Shown here one piece after another: positions 10,173 through 20,400 of a stretch of 64,000 nt of DNA. The notes under the pieces were generated by a model, which made no database searches, had not been told where the DNA came from, and saw only the letters and a list, made by a program, of their open reading frames with translations. How positions within the stretch are numbered: position 1 is the stretch's first letter; every line of letters begins with the position of its first letter. A program made the translations under genes and the position numbers. Source of the stretch: Elusimicrobiota bacterium (GTDB lineage: Bacteria; Elusimicrobiota; Endomicrobiia; Endomicrobiales; JBDRNC01); contig JBDRNC010000008.1 of NCBI GenBank assembly GCA_043811535.1, positions 68,656-132,655 on the forward strand, in the 5' to 3' direction.

Positions 10173-10934
10173 ATGAAACGATTCTTTTCCGCTCTACCCA
10201 CGCAGTTTAAAGCCGCTACCCAGTTCCTGACGGTGTTTCCGGTAAAATCCGGCAGTTTCCCGGACAAAACTACTCTTTCGGGCGCGATTGCGATGTTTCC
10301 GCTGATAGGTGTGGCTTTGGGTTTCGTTCTAGCCGTGTCAAACTCTGTATTCTCAATGGCTTTCCCCGCAACCGTCTCAAGCGTGCTGACCGTACTGGTT
10401 CTGGTACTTCTGACCGGCGGGCTCCACCAGGACGGACTGGCCGATACCTGCGACGGGATTTTCGGCGGGAGTGAAAGCTCAAAACGCCTTGAGATAATGC
10501 GCGACAGCAGGATAGGCACGTTCGGGGTGCTCGCCCTGATAGCCGATTTCCTCCTTAAGGTTTACCTGATAACGGCAATCCCGGCCACATTGAAGACTCC
10601 GGCGCTTATAATGATGCCGCTGGCAAGCAGGTGGGGCATGGTATTGGCGCTTTATCTTTTTAAATACGCCAGGGAAAACGGGAAAGCGAAGGCGTTCTTT
10701 GAAAGCATGGATACAAAGACGTTCGTGATAGGCACCGCGATAGCGCTGGCATCCGCTTTCGTTTTCGCGAAATTCAACGGCTTGTTTATCGTCGTAGCGG
10801 CAGGCGTTGTAGTTTATATCGCCGGCGGTTTTTTCGAGAAAAAAATCGGAGGAATGACAGGAGACACATTGGGGGCGATGAATGAAATATGCGAGATTGT
10901 CGCATTGCTGTTAATCGTCACAATAACTCATTAA
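10173..10934 (+). CDS. cobS: Adenosylcobinamide-GDP ribazoletransferase (cobalamin synthase)
   Basis: QFLT, TGGLHQDGLADTCDG, IMRDSRIGTFG, GGMTGDTLGA; GGAGG SD before ATG 10173. Confidence 0.95.
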   Translation: MKRFFSALPTQFKAATQFLTVFPVKSGSFPDKTTLSGAIAMFPLIGVALGFVLAVSNSVFSMAFPATVSSVLTVLVLVLLTGGLHQDGLADTCDGIFGGSESSKRLEIMRDSRIGTFGVLALIADFLLKVYLITAIPATLKTPALIMMPLASRWGMVLALYLFKYARENGKAKAFFESMDTKTFVIGTAIALASAFVFAKFNGLFIVVAAGVVVYIAGGFFEKKIGGMTGDTLGAMNEICEIVALLLIVTITH

Positions 10935-10940
10935 AAAATC

Positions 10941-11780
10941 ATGAGACAGCTTAAAATCACGATAGCATGTCTGATACTGCCGTTACTCTTCTGTTCAAGC
11001 GCTTTGGCCTATGACCGAATCATCTCTATCATACCTTCGGCCACAAAAAGCATTTATCTCATGGGTTTGGAAGACAAGCTAGTGGCGGTAACGGTATACT
11101 GCCCGCCGGAAGCCTCTGAAAAAGAGAAAATCGGCACCGTGCTTGAGCCCGACCTTGAAAAGATAGTATCGCTCGAGCCCGACCTTGTCATAGCGACAAA
11201 AGAAGGAAACAGGCATCAGACCGTCGAGAAGCTTCAAAGTCTCGGCATTAAAGTGTACGTGATGGATTCGGTGAATAACTTTGAAGAGATCTGCGGCGCT
11301 TTTATAAAGCTCGGCAGGTTCCTCGGCGCGGACAACAGCGCCGGAAAAGTCGTGCGCGGCGCCAGAAAAAGAATAGAAAAAGTCAGGTCCGTAAAAAGGA
11401 ACAGCAAGCCGGCCGTCTTCTGCGAGATAGGCGCCCGGCCGCTTTTCACCGCGAGCGGCGGAAGTTTCATCAACGACATAATAGAGTTCGCGGGCGCAGC
11501 CAACATTTTCAAGGACCTCAAGCCGCGCTACCCCCAGATAAGCCGCGAAGAAGTGCTAAAACGCGATCCCGACGCGATAGTAATAATCACTATGGGCGAC
11601 GTGACTGACAAGGAAAAAGAGGCCTGGAACGAATTCCCCGGACTTAAAGCCGCGCGGTCCGGCAGGATATATGTCCTGAGCGAGGCGGTTTTCACCGACC
11701 CAACCCCGTCCGGGCTCGCCGACGGAGTAGAGATACTCGCGCAGACGCTTTTCGGTAAAAGTAGAGATAGAAAACAATAA
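10941..11780 (+). CDS. btuF: Cobalamin ABC transporter substrate-binding protein
   Basis: Signal peptide, RIISIIPSAT, PDLEKIVSLEPDLV helical-backbone receptor motifs; operon context. Confidence 0.85.
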   Translation: MRQLKITIACLILPLLFCSSALAYDRIISIIPSATKSIYLMGLEDKLVAVTVYCPPEASEKEKIGTVLEPDLEKIVSLEPDLVIATKEGNRHQTVEKLQSLGIKVYVMDSVNNFEEICGAFIKLGRFLGADNSAGKVVRGARKRIEKVRSVKRNSKPAVFCEIGARPLFTASGGSFINDIIEFAGAANIFKDLKPRYPQISREEVLKRDPDAIVIITMGDVTDKEKEAWNEFPGLKAARSGRIYVLSEAVFTDPTPSGLADGVEILAQTLFGKSRDRKQ

Positions 11781-11798
11781 GGATTTTATGGTAATGAG

Positions 11799-11898
11799 TC
11801 CCGTTAGACCGCGTAAGTATCAGGATAAATTTTCACAAAGAGCTCATATTATAGCCGTAAGCAAAGCTTAATCTAAAACAAGAGAGGTCTAAACGGGA
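11799..11898. mobile_element. TIR-bounded mini-element (CCCGTTAGA...TCTAAACGGG family)
   Basis: TCCCGTTAGACC / GGTCTAAACGGGA ends; the right end abuts the downstream ATG. Confidence 0.7.
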
Positions 11899-12566
11899 TG
11901 AAAGTTATCATATCCTGGAGCGGAGGGAAGGACAGCTGCCTGGCGCTTTATAAGGCGATAAAAGCCGGGCACCAGCCCGTTGTGCTCCTGAATTACATAT
12001 CGGAAGAACATAAAAGGTGCTGTTTCCACGGCGTCCCGATGGAACTCATAAAGGCGCAGGCCGATTCCCTGGGCATACCGCTTGAACAGAAAGCCGCGCC
12101 GGCGACCATGGAAGGCTACGAAAAAATGTTCAAGGAAGCGGTTCGCGAATTGATGGCTAAATATGACGCCGAGGGCATGGTTTTCGGGGATATTTACCTG
12201 CTTGAACACCAGAGCTGGGTCGAAAGGGTATGCGGTGAAATAGGCGTTAAAATGATAGAACCGCTGTGGGAACAGCCGGTTGAAAAACTCATAGATGAAT
12301 TCCTCGGATTAGGATTTAAAACGACAATTGTAAGCGCCAAGGCCGACATCCACGGCGAAAACTTCGTCGGGCGGGATATGAGCCCTGAAATAGTCCAAAT
12401 GCTGAAGGCGGAAAAGGCCTGCGTTTGCGGGGAGAACGGCGAATACCACACCTTTGTTTACGACGGCCCGCTGTTCAAAAATAAGATCAGCATAACAAAG
12501 GCGGAAAAAACATTCAGGGACGGGTTCTGGAAACACTGGTTCTTAGATATACAAGAGTTTGCGTAA
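11898..12566 (+). CDS. PP-loop ATP-binding protein, diphthine--ammonia ligase family
   Basis: SWSGGKDS, VFGDIYL, PLW, CGENGEYHTFVYDGPLF. Confidence 0.9.
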   Translation: MKVIISWSGGKDSCLALYKAIKAGHQPVVLLNYISEEHKRCCFHGVPMELIKAQADSLGIPLEQKAAPATMEGYEKMFKEAVRELMAKYDAEGMVFGDIYLLEHQSWVERVCGEIGVKMIEPLWEQPVEKLIDEFLGLGFKTTIVSAKADIHGENFVGRDMSPEIVQMLKAEKACVCGENGEYHTFVYDGPLFKNKISITKAEKTFRDGFWKHWFLDIQEFA

Positions 12567-12701
12567 AACACTAAACTCTAAATACTAAACACTAAATAAA
12601 TCAAAAATTGTAAATCCAAATTTAAATATAATTGCAGTGTTTGATTTTTAGGATTTGTATTTTGAGCTTATTTAGTATTTAGTGTTTTGTATTTAGTATT
12701 T
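12567..12701 (-). repeat. ~135-bp AAATACT/AGTATTT heptamer hairpin element, copy A (inverted relative to B-D)
   Basis: Reverse complement aligns by eye with 47352-47485, 50401-50537 and 54677-54813. Confidence 0.85.
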
Positions 12702-12712
12702 GACAGGAATTT

Positions 12713-13702
12713 ATGAATAAAAAGCATCTTATCCTGCTATCTCTTGCGTTCATTCTGGCCGTCAGCGTTCTCTTCTCGCTATGCGTGGGCGGCAGCAAGC
12801 TTGGAATAACCGAAGTATTCACCGCGCTTCTTAACGGAAGCTCCGCGGACACTACTTCCACCATCGTCTGGAAAATAAGGGTGCCGCGCGTGCTTCTCGG
12901 AGTATTCGTCGGGATGGGCCTTGCGGCGGTCGGATGCGTCTTCCAGGGCCTGCTCAGGAACCCTCTTGCCGACCCCTATACTTTAGGCATTTCCGGGGGA
13001 GCCGCGTTCGGGGCCACGCTTGCCGTGATAACCGGAATTGCCGCCTTTACGGCGTTTTCGGTTCCCATATGCGCATTCTTAGGCTCGCTCGCGTGTTTCT
13101 ACGCGGTCTACATGATAGCGTCCAGAAAAAGTTTCTCCATAAACTCGCTTATTCTGACGGGCGTCATCTTCGGATTCATATTCTCCTCGGCGGTCCTTCT
13201 GATGCTCGCTCTCGCGAGCCCCGATAAGATACATGCCTCCATTATCTGGCTGACGGGTGACCTGTCCTCCGCGGGCAGAGATCTCACATTGATCGTGCCG
13301 GCTATCGTACTGGTTGGAACCGCGGTCCTCATGATATTTTCCAGGGAGCTTAACGTGCTGGTTCTCGGGGAGGAAAAGGCCCTCACTCTCGGCATTGAAA
13401 CCGAAAAAACAAAAAAAATAATTTTCGTCACCGCATCTCTTATCACCGGAGCGTGCGTCTCGGCTTCGGGCATCATAGGTTTCGTCGGGCTGATTATCCC
13501 GCATCTTATGAGGAAGATCACCGGGCCCGACCACAGGTACCTGATACCCGCGTCGGCACTCGGCGGAGCGGCCTTCCTTCCGCTGTGCGATTCATTTTCA
13601 AGAACGATAATAGCGCCCGTTGAACTTCCCGTAGGCGTCGTAACGGGGCTCGCGGGCGGAATATTTTTCCTTGTTTTCCTGTTAAGATCGGAGAAAATAT
13701 AG
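12713..13702 (+). CDS. btuC: Cobalamin/FecCD-family ABC permease
   Basis: IRVPRV, QGLLRNPLADPYTLGISGGA, LGEEKALTLG, GIIGFVGLIIPH, ELPVG. Confidence 0.9.
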   Translation: MNKKHLILLSLAFILAVSVLFSLCVGGSKLGITEVFTALLNGSSADTTSTIVWKIRVPRVLLGVFVGMGLAAVGCVFQGLLRNPLADPYTLGISGGAAFGATLAVITGIAAFTAFSVPICAFLGSLACFYAVYMIASRKSFSINSLILTGVIFGFIFSSAVLLMLALASPDKIHASIIWLTGDLSSAGRDLTLIVPAIVLVGTAVLMIFSRELNVLVLGEEKALTLGIETEKTKKIIFVTASLITGACVSASGIIGFVGLIIPHLMRKITGPDHRYLIPASALGGAAFLPLCDSFSRTIIAPVELPVGVVTGLAGGIFFLVFLLRSEKI

Positions 13703-13751
13703 CGACAACTGTGTACATGTGCTAAACGCTAAAAATAATATAAAGGTTAAA

Positions 13752-14567
13752 ATGTTAGAACTTAATGGCGTATCAGCGGGTTATGGCGGACGAACAGTGA
13801 TATCGGACATATCGTTCCGCGCGGAAAAGGGCTCATTTCACGGGATAATAGGGCCGAACGGCGCCGGCAAGACAACGCTTTTCAGGACTATAAGCAGGAT
13901 AATAGGCCTGTCCGCAGGCAAGATGTTCTTTGGCGGCAAAGACATCGGCAGGATCCCGAGGCATATTCTCGCGAAAGACGTCGCCACGATGCTCCCGCTT
14001 TACGACATTCCTTTCACGTTTTCCGTAGAGGAATTCGTCATGCTGGGCAGGTTCCCTCACCAGAACAGGTTTGAAAAACCGAAAAAAGAAGATTATGAAT
14101 CGGTAAGGCAGAACCTTGAATTCACGGACATAATCAATCTGAAAGACAGGAAACTGAACGAGCTGTCCGGCGGCGAAAGGCAGAGGGCCATTCTCGCTCA
14201 GGCGCTCGCGCAGAAACCGAAACTCCTTCTGCTGGACGAGCCGACGGCATATCTTGACATCGGCCACCAGATAGCGATACTTGACCTGATAAAGAAACTC
14301 AACAGGGACGACGGGCTTACCGTTATTACAATTCTTCACGACCTGAACCTCGCGAGCGAATACTGCGACAAGCTGTTGATGATGCGCGGCGGCGGAATAT
14401 TCAGGTCCGGAACTCCGGAAGAAGTGCTTACTTACGAAAATATAGAACAGGTGTATAAAACCGTTGTTGTGGTAAAGGAAAATCCGATTTCGCGCAGGCC
14501 TTATGTGATATCGGTTTCGGGCGAAAGCCTGAAAAGGAAAACTGCCGGCACAGGGAATCCCGTGTAA
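13752..14567 (+). CDS. btuD: Cobalamin/FecE-family ABC ATP-binding protein
   Basis: GPNGAGKTT, LSGGERQR, LLDEPTAYLD, LHDLNLA; start placed at ATG 13752. Confidence 0.9.
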   Translation: MLELNGVSAGYGGRTVISDISFRAEKGSFHGIIGPNGAGKTTLFRTISRIIGLSAGKMFFGGKDIGRIPRHILAKDVATMLPLYDIPFTFSVEEFVMLGRFPHQNRFEKPKKEDYESVRQNLEFTDIINLKDRKLNELSGGERQRAILAQALAQKPKLLLLDEPTAYLDIGHQIAILDLIKKLNRDDGLTVITILHDLNLASEYCDKLLMMRGGGIFRSGTPEEVLTYENIEQVYKTVVVVKENPISRRPYVISVSGESLKRKTAGTGNPV

Positions 14568-14696
14568 ATCGGGAACAGCCCCGCTACTGTAATCCAGCCC
14601 TTACGGGTGTATGGCAACAACCACTGCTATTTTTACGGCAGGAAGGTGCCATTCAGGAGAAGATTCTCCTGGGAGAGTCAGGAAACCCGTCGGCAA
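14542..14696 (+). promoter_or_regulatory. Cobalamin riboswitch 2 (upstream of btuB)
   Basis: AGGGAATCCCGTGTAAATCGGGAACAGCCCCGCTACTGTAA...CCACTG...GGAAGG...GAGTCAGGAAACC; closing stem TGCCGGC/GTCGGCA. Confidence 0.92.
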
Positions 14697-14827
14697 GAAC
14701 ACACTCGAGGGAGGACATATGACTACAGCAATTAGCACTTAGCCCGCCGCGGCGGGGCAATTAGTTCGGAGAAAACGGCAAAGGCATAGACAGAACGGCA
14801 ACACAAAAACAAGAAAAAGGAAGAACA

Positions 14828-16702
14828 ATGAAAATAAAACATATCGCATTATTCGTTTGCGCAGTATTCGCTTCAACACTTGTGTCAGCTCAGGATGACG
14901 TATTTTTAAGCCTTACCAGGAAAGCAAAAGACATCAAGGAAATGCCCACGAACGTGACGGTGATAGGTGAAACTGAAATAGCCGCCAAAAAAGCGGAAAA
15001 TGCCGGGGAAATCATAAAAAATACGGTCGGCCTGACGTCCGGACAATACGGGCCGTCTTTCGGAGGCCAATTTGACGTCATGCTCCGCGGCTCGTCCCCG
15101 GAAGAAGTCCTCGTGCTCATTGACGGCCGAAGGATCAACAACCCGTCCATGGGCCTTGTCAACATGGGGCTCATACCCGCGGAAAACATAGAGAAAATAG
15201 AGATAATCCGCGGCGGAGCCTCCGCGATCTACGGCACGAACGCTTTCGGCGGCACTATCAACATCATCACGAAAAAGCCAAAAGACGACGCGCCAAGCGC
15301 GGAACTCGGCTTTAACGCGGGGAACTTCAACACCCAGGGATACAGGCTGAACCTCAACGCCAAAAAGGGAGCGCTGTCGGGTTTCGCGTCCGCCGGAAAG
15401 TCTTTATCGGACGGTTGGCGGGACAACTCAAAGTTTGACGGGCGCAACTTCTCCGGCAGATTAGGATACGAGGCGGGAGCCGCGGGCAATTTTGACCTGT
15501 CCGCATCCATCGAGGCTTCCGATTACGGCACGCCGGGACCGGGCGCGACGCTGGACAAGTACGACGGAACCGTAGAAAAAGAGTCATCCTCCGACGGCAT
15601 TTACAAGGACTTTAAGAATTATTACAGGCTCGAACAATCGCTGGCTTTGGGCGAAAACCTGATAAAAAACTCGGTCTATTCATCCCTGTCCGACTCCAAT
15701 TACAGCGAAGCGCTGAACTTCAAGGACAACGATTACAAGAACTTTGTATTCGGGGCCGAGTCCCAGTTCATACACGAAATAGGATTTACGGCAGGCGCGG
15801 AATGGTGGGAGGAATCCTATAAGAACGGCGATAACATAATGGACACTACGCTTGTAGACAAAAGCAGGGTAAACGCCGCCTGCTACATCCAGCAGGAACT
15901 GAAAGCCGGAAATTTTGCTTTCATACCGAGCGCGAGATACGACAGCAACTCCGTCTTCGGAAGCGTCTTCAGCCCCAGAACAACGATTACGTGGCAGGCG
16001 TCGGACGCGCTGAAACTCTCCGCGAACTCCGCCAAAGCGTGGCGCGCCCCCACATTCAACGAGCTGTACTGGGTCAGGGAATCTTTCGTATGGAGCGGAG
16101 TCACGTATATAACGGAAGGAACCCCGGACCTCGTTCCCGAAGAAGGGATTACGTCGGACCTCGGCGCGGAATACACCTTCAGCGCGTGCAAGGCCGGCCT
16201 CACCGCATTCCTCACCGACAGCCGGAACCTGATCTCGTGGGATTCCACGTTTGACGCGGCGACAAACACAAGCTTTTACAAGACAGCTAATATAAACAAG
16301 GCGAAACAGACCGGAGCCGAGTTCACGTTTGACCATAAACTTGCGAGCGGGCTCTACCATTCGGTCAATTACATGTACCTGTGGGCGCAGGACACGGTTA
16401 AAGAAGAAATGCTGATATACAGGCCAAGGAACACGGCCAACTACAAAATAACCTGCCTGACGCCTTTTGACACGAGATTCGACGTTTCGGCCCAGTACGT
16501 CAGCGAACAGGAAACCGGAGAAACTTACGCGTTCCTGCCCGAGTACACTCTGGTAAACTTCGGGGTATCGCAGAAAATCCGCGACACCGAACTCTGGCTG
16601 AAAGCCAATAATGTCACCGACAAGAAATACCAGACGCGCAACAAGTATCCGCTGCCCGGCATAAATTTCAACGCCGGCGTGACGGTGAAGTTCTGGAATT
16701 AA
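14828..16702 (+). CDS. btuB: TonB-dependent receptor, probably the cobalamin transporter
   Basis: Signal peptide, plug motifs LRGSSPEEVLVLIDG and IEKIEIIRGGASAIYG, RAPTFNELY, NVTDKKY; downstream of a B12 riboswitch. Confidence 0.88.
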   Translation: MKIKHIALFVCAVFASTLVSAQDDVFLSLTRKAKDIKEMPTNVTVIGETEIAAKKAENAGEIIKNTVGLTSGQYGPSFGGQFDVMLRGSSPEEVLVLIDGRRINNPSMGLVNMGLIPAENIEKIEIIRGGASAIYGTNAFGGTINIITKKPKDDAPSAELGFNAGNFNTQGYRLNLNAKKGALSGFASAGKSLSDGWRDNSKFDGRNFSGRLGYEAGAAGNFDLSASIEASDYGTPGPGATLDKYDGTVEKESSSDGIYKDFKNYYRLEQSLALGENLIKNSVYSSLSDSNYSEALNFKDNDYKNFVFGAESQFIHEIGFTAGAEWWEESYKNGDNIMDTTLVDKSRVNAACYIQQELKAGNFAFIPSARYDSNSVFGSVFSPRTTITWQASDALKLSANSAKAWRAPTFNELYWVRESFVWSGVTYITEGTPDLVPEEGITSDLGAEYTFSACKAGLTAFLTDSRNLISWDSTFDAATNTSFYKTANINKAKQTGAEFTFDHKLASGLYHSVNYMYLWAQDTVKEEMLIYRPRNTANYKITCLTPFDTRFDVSAQYVSEQETGETYAFLPEYTLVNFGVSQKIRDTELWLKANNVTDKKYQTRNKYPLPGINFNAGVTVKFWN

Positions 16703-16802
16703 AACGATTGCACAGATTATAAACGAAGATTACACAGATTATTAATGAAGATTACACCGATTACTAACGGAGATTCCACAGATAAAACAAATCCCCTGTA
16801 TT

Positions 16803-16837
16803 CCACTTCCGAAGTGGCGAAGCCTCTTCGGAAGTGG
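16803..16837. repeat. CACTTCCG...CGGAAGTG hairpin repeat
   Basis: Second copy at 60912-60947. Confidence 0.75.
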
Positions 16838-16857
16838 CAGGGTGGCGAGGTCATGCA

Positions 16858-17400
16858 ATGCTTAAGAAACTGCCGTTGAGCGAGTTCTACCATCTCATCA
16901 ACCACGGGCCGTGCGTCCTGATAACGTCCGGAAGCGCGCAAAATGCCAATGTCGCGCCCGTCGCGTGGACGATGCCGGTCAATGACGACCCTCCGATGCT
17001 GGCGATATCAGTCGCTGAAAGCCATTATACTGCCGAGTTGATAGGAAAAACCGGCGAGTTTGCGGTCAACATACCCGATAAAAAGATGCTTGCCGTTTTG
17101 ATGTCGGCGGGAAAAGTATCCGGCAGGAAGGAAAATAAGATCCGAAAATACGGTATCAGTATTCAGGACGGTATTAAGATATCAACGCCGCACCTTGAGG
17201 ACGCCATCGGCTGCATAGAGTGCCGTGTCAAGGAAAAGCGGGTTTATGAAGGGGTCGTGGTCATCATTGCCGATGTGCTGCACTGCGCGGTTAAAAAGGG
17301 GCTTTACGACTCGTACTGGATAACGCCTAAGGCTAAGACCCTGCATCATCTGGGAAGCGGATATTTCTGTACTCCGGGGAAGAGATTTAAATATAAATAA
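16858..17400 (+). CDS. Flavin reductase-like FMN-binding protein
   Basis: GPCVLITS, NVAPVAW, PPMLAISV, GEFAVNIP, IECRV, LHHLG; start placed at ATG 16858. Confidence 0.88.
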   Translation: MLKKLPLSEFYHLINHGPCVLITSGSAQNANVAPVAWTMPVNDDPPMLAISVAESHYTAELIGKTGEFAVNIPDKKMLAVLMSAGKVSGRKENKIRKYGISIQDGIKISTPHLEDAIGCIECRVKEKRVYEGVVVIIADVLHCAVKKGLYDSYWITPKAKTLHHLGSGYFCTPGKRFKYK

Positions 17401-17463
17401 TAGTGCTTAGAGAATAGGGATTAGTGGATAGGAGTTTAATCCCTGCTCACTATTCTCTATTTC

Positions 17464-19593
17464 CTAGGTTTTATCTATCTTAAAGAGCTTCACGGCAATT
17501 ACCGTAAACACAACGCCGATCACCGAGCCGATCGCGACATCGACCGGAAAATGCACTCCGACGTAAATCCTGGAAAGCCCTGTAAAAAACGCTATCGCGA
17601 AAAACAGCACTATCCACCAGAATTTTCTGACTTTGTAAGCCAGGTATGTCGCGGCGCTGAACGCCGTTTCGGCGTGACCCGAGGGGAAAGAGCTCCCGAA
17701 ATGCCTCTCGCCGAAACTGTTCACAAGCCCGCCCCATAACGCCAGCGGCCTTGACCTTCCAATTATGTCCTTAATCAGCGCAATGATTATCCCGCCCGCC
17801 AAAAGTATGCCCGCGAATATCATGAACTCCCGCCAGAATCTATCTCTTCGCGTCTTCCAAAGATAATATCCCATGCAGAACGCTATCATCACGAGTCCCG
17901 TGTTCAGCCTTAGCGTGGCATCCAGCGTGCTCCAGTCGCCCATGACAAAATCCAGGAATTTGTTCTCCAGCCTTTTATTAATGAACCAGAAAATCCTCTG
18001 GTCCAGCTGGATAAGCCCCTGCTTCAGCGTCACCTGCGGCCCCGCTATCAACGAGGTGTATTCCCATGGAAGCCGCTTAAGGTCGAATTTCCTGCCGTAT
18101 GTCAGCCAGAATATCCTTATCTTCCTGCTGTTCCTGAAAATTTCCACCGGCTGCGCCGGTTTCCATGACCTGAAAGGATAGATAGTCTGCGGTTCCGCGT
18201 AGAAAAAATCATTGCAGACAAATATGCCGTCGCGCCCGTCAAGATTACCAAGATCTCTCTGCCAGAAATCAAAAGCGTCGGGGCGCGTGCTCAGCGCGTA
18301 AACCCGCGGATGCTTGGGCGTGTAAAACTGAAGCTGGGCCGCTATGTAGTGAGTTTTTGTGAATATAAAAGGCTTCGGTTCCGGAGATGCTTCGATGATT
18401 TCGTTTATCTTCGCGCCGACCTCGCGCCACCCGTAAATGTCATTCGTGATGTCGATCTTTTCGGCCCTCGCTATTCCGTTCTCTATCTTCGCCGCCTCGT
18501 CCTTCGGGATCAGCCGCTCCACGGGTATCACCTTGAACATCGAGTGCAGGGGCATGATCAGTGTTATGCCGAGCGCAACCGCCCACCCGGCTATCAGAGT
18601 ATTCCTGAACCACAGTTTATTCCAGAACCTGACCGAATAATCCGCGACAGCTATCATAAGGACAAGATAGCCCATCGCCGGCCAGTGAGGGAGTATCTCC
18701 TTGAATAAAGCTACTCCGTTGAAGAGAAAGAGCGTGGGAACTGAAAATGAAAGCAAGAACAGCAGTTTTTCGTCGCGTGCTTTGAAATATTTCACCAGGG
18801 ACAGCGCGAGCACCGCCCAGGACACGATGAATATCACCGGCGAAACATATCCCGACTGCGCCGCCAGACAGCGCAGGAGCAGGTCCGGGCGCAGCAACTG
18901 CGGCGCCGCTTGTACGATACCGCGCTTTAATTGGAAACCGAAAGAGGCGAAGTTGTTCTGGAGGTTCCAGATCACGACCGGCAGGAATACTATGAAAGCG
19001 ATTATCAGCGCCAGGTACGGCTCCCGGCGCTTCAGCCAGTGACGATGCTCTTTGGAAAATACCAGGAAGAGGAACAGCGACGGAACGAGCAGTATCGCGT
19101 TATATTTGCTCAATAGCCCGAGCCCGAGTATCAGTCCCAGGACATACCAGAGGTATGCCTTCTTCTCTTTCAGCAGTTTCCAGAAAACGAATATGAAAAG
19201 CATCCACAGTATAGAAAGCGGCGAATCCGGTATGGACATCGAGGCGCCGAGGAAAGAGAAGACCGGCGTGAGATTGAGCATTACCGTTCCCCAGAAGGCC
19301 GTTTTCTCGCCGTACATGTCCTTTACCAGCCTGAAAAAAATCCACGAAAGCAGGAAGAAAAAAAGCACGGCGGAAAAACGCACGCCGAACTCGTTATTGC
19401 CGAATAAAACCGTTGTAGCCTTGACAATGTAGCCGATTGCTGGAGGATGGTCAAAATAGGAAAGTTCCGGATTCTGCGCGTAAACCCAGTAATGCGCTTC
19501 GTCCCCGCTGAGTCCGAGCCGGCCTATTATCAGCAAACGGATAAGTGCCGTTACCGCGTTTATTATCCAAAACCAGAGGTTGTAGTTTGACAT
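17464..19593 (-). CDS. ArnT/PMT-family (GT-C) glycosyltransferase fused to a C-terminal PAP2 phosphatase
   Basis: DEAHYW, SYFDHPP, GLLSKY; C-terminal K-x6-RP (KDIIGRSRP), SFPSGH, SRIYVGVHFPVD. Confidence 0.88.
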   Translation of the reverse strand: MSNYNLWFWIINAVTALIRLLIIGRLGLSGDEAHYWVYAQNPELSYFDHPPAIGYIVKATTVLFGNNEFGVRFSAVLFFFLLSWIFFRLVKDMYGEKTAFWGTVMLNLTPVFSFLGASMSIPDSPLSILWMLFIFVFWKLLKEKKAYLWYVLGLILGLGLLSKYNAILLVPSLFLFLVFSKEHRHWLKRREPYLALIIAFIVFLPVVIWNLQNNFASFGFQLKRGIVQAAPQLLRPDLLLRCLAAQSGYVSPVIFIVSWAVLALSLVKYFKARDEKLLFLLSFSVPTLFLFNGVALFKEILPHWPAMGYLVLMIAVADYSVRFWNKLWFRNTLIAGWAVALGITLIMPLHSMFKVIPVERLIPKDEAAKIENGIARAEKIDITNDIYGWREVGAKINEIIEASPEPKPFIFTKTHYIAAQLQFYTPKHPRVYALSTRPDAFDFWQRDLGNLDGRDGIFVCNDFFYAEPQTIYPFRSWKPAQPVEIFRNSRKIRIFWLTYGRKFDLKRLPWEYTSLIAGPQVTLKQGLIQLDQRIFWFINKRLENKFLDFVMGDWSTLDATLRLNTGLVMIAFCMGYYLWKTRRDRFWREFMIFAGILLAGGIIIALIKDIIGRSRPLALWGGLVNSFGERHFGSSFPSGHAETAFSAATYLAYKVRKFWWIVLFFAIAFFTGLSRIYVGVHFPVDVAIGSVIGVVFTVIAVKLFKIDKT

Positions 19594-19668
19594 ATTATTA
19601 CCGATTACAGATTACAAATTACAAATTAACGGCCTTTAATATGTAGTCTGTAATTTGTAATGTGTAAT

Positions 19669-20367
19669 TTATCTGTTTAATTTTAACTTCCAAACCCTGA
19701 AAAGATATTGTATCAGCATCGATGGTTTCAGTTTTGATACTCCGGCGCCGCGCGCCATGAATTCAATCGGGACTTCGGTTATCCTGAACCCGTACTTCCT
19801 TATGTAATGCAGTGATTCTGTTACGACAAACGGATCCCGGGCCTTCAGATGCGGAAGAATTTTCACCATGACTTCTCTTTTAAAAAGCCTGAATCCCGAA
19901 GCAGGGTCCTTCAATTTTACGCCGAGAACGAGCGCCAGGTATTTGCGCGCGAACTCGCTTATAATATTGCGCAGGAAAGTTCTTTGTTCATCCTTGCCGC
20001 CTTCCACGTACCTTGAACCTATTACAACGTCATATTGTTCAGCGGCTTCCACAAAAGCCGGAATATATTTCGGGGAATGCGAAAGGTCGCCGTCCATCTC
20101 AACTATCATATCGGCGCCCAGTTCCAGCGCGACCTTGAAACCGTCTATGCCCGCCCACCCGCGCCCGCGTTTGTCTTTTCTTACGAGCAGGTTTACCCGC
20201 TTATCTTTTTTGGAAATCTCCTCGACGATCTTATATGTGCCATCCGGCGAGAAATCGTCCACGACAAGAACGCCTATGTCCAGCTTCAGCGTTAGTATCC
20301 TGTCTATCACGATCTGGATGTTTCCGGCTTCATTATAAGTGGGGATTACTGCGATGATCTTAGGCAT
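19669..20367 (-). CDS. Polyprenol monophosphomannose synthase-like GT2
   Basis: IPTYNEAGNI, VVDDFSPDGT, EMDGDLSH, GSRYVEGG, SGFR. Confidence 0.92.
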   Translation of the reverse strand: MPKIIAVIPTYNEAGNIQIVIDRILTLKLDIGVLVVDDFSPDGTYKIVEEISKKDKRVNLLVRKDKRGRGWAGIDGFKVALELGADMIVEMDGDLSHSPKYIPAFVEAAEQYDVVIGSRYVEGGKDEQRTFLRNIISEFARKYLALVLGVKLKDPASGFRLFKREVMVKILPHLKARDPFVVTESLHYIRKYGFRITEVPIEFMARGAGVSKLKPSMLIQYLFRVWKLKLNR

Positions 20368-20400
20368 TGAAAGATTCCAAGATTTGAAAGATTAACTTCT

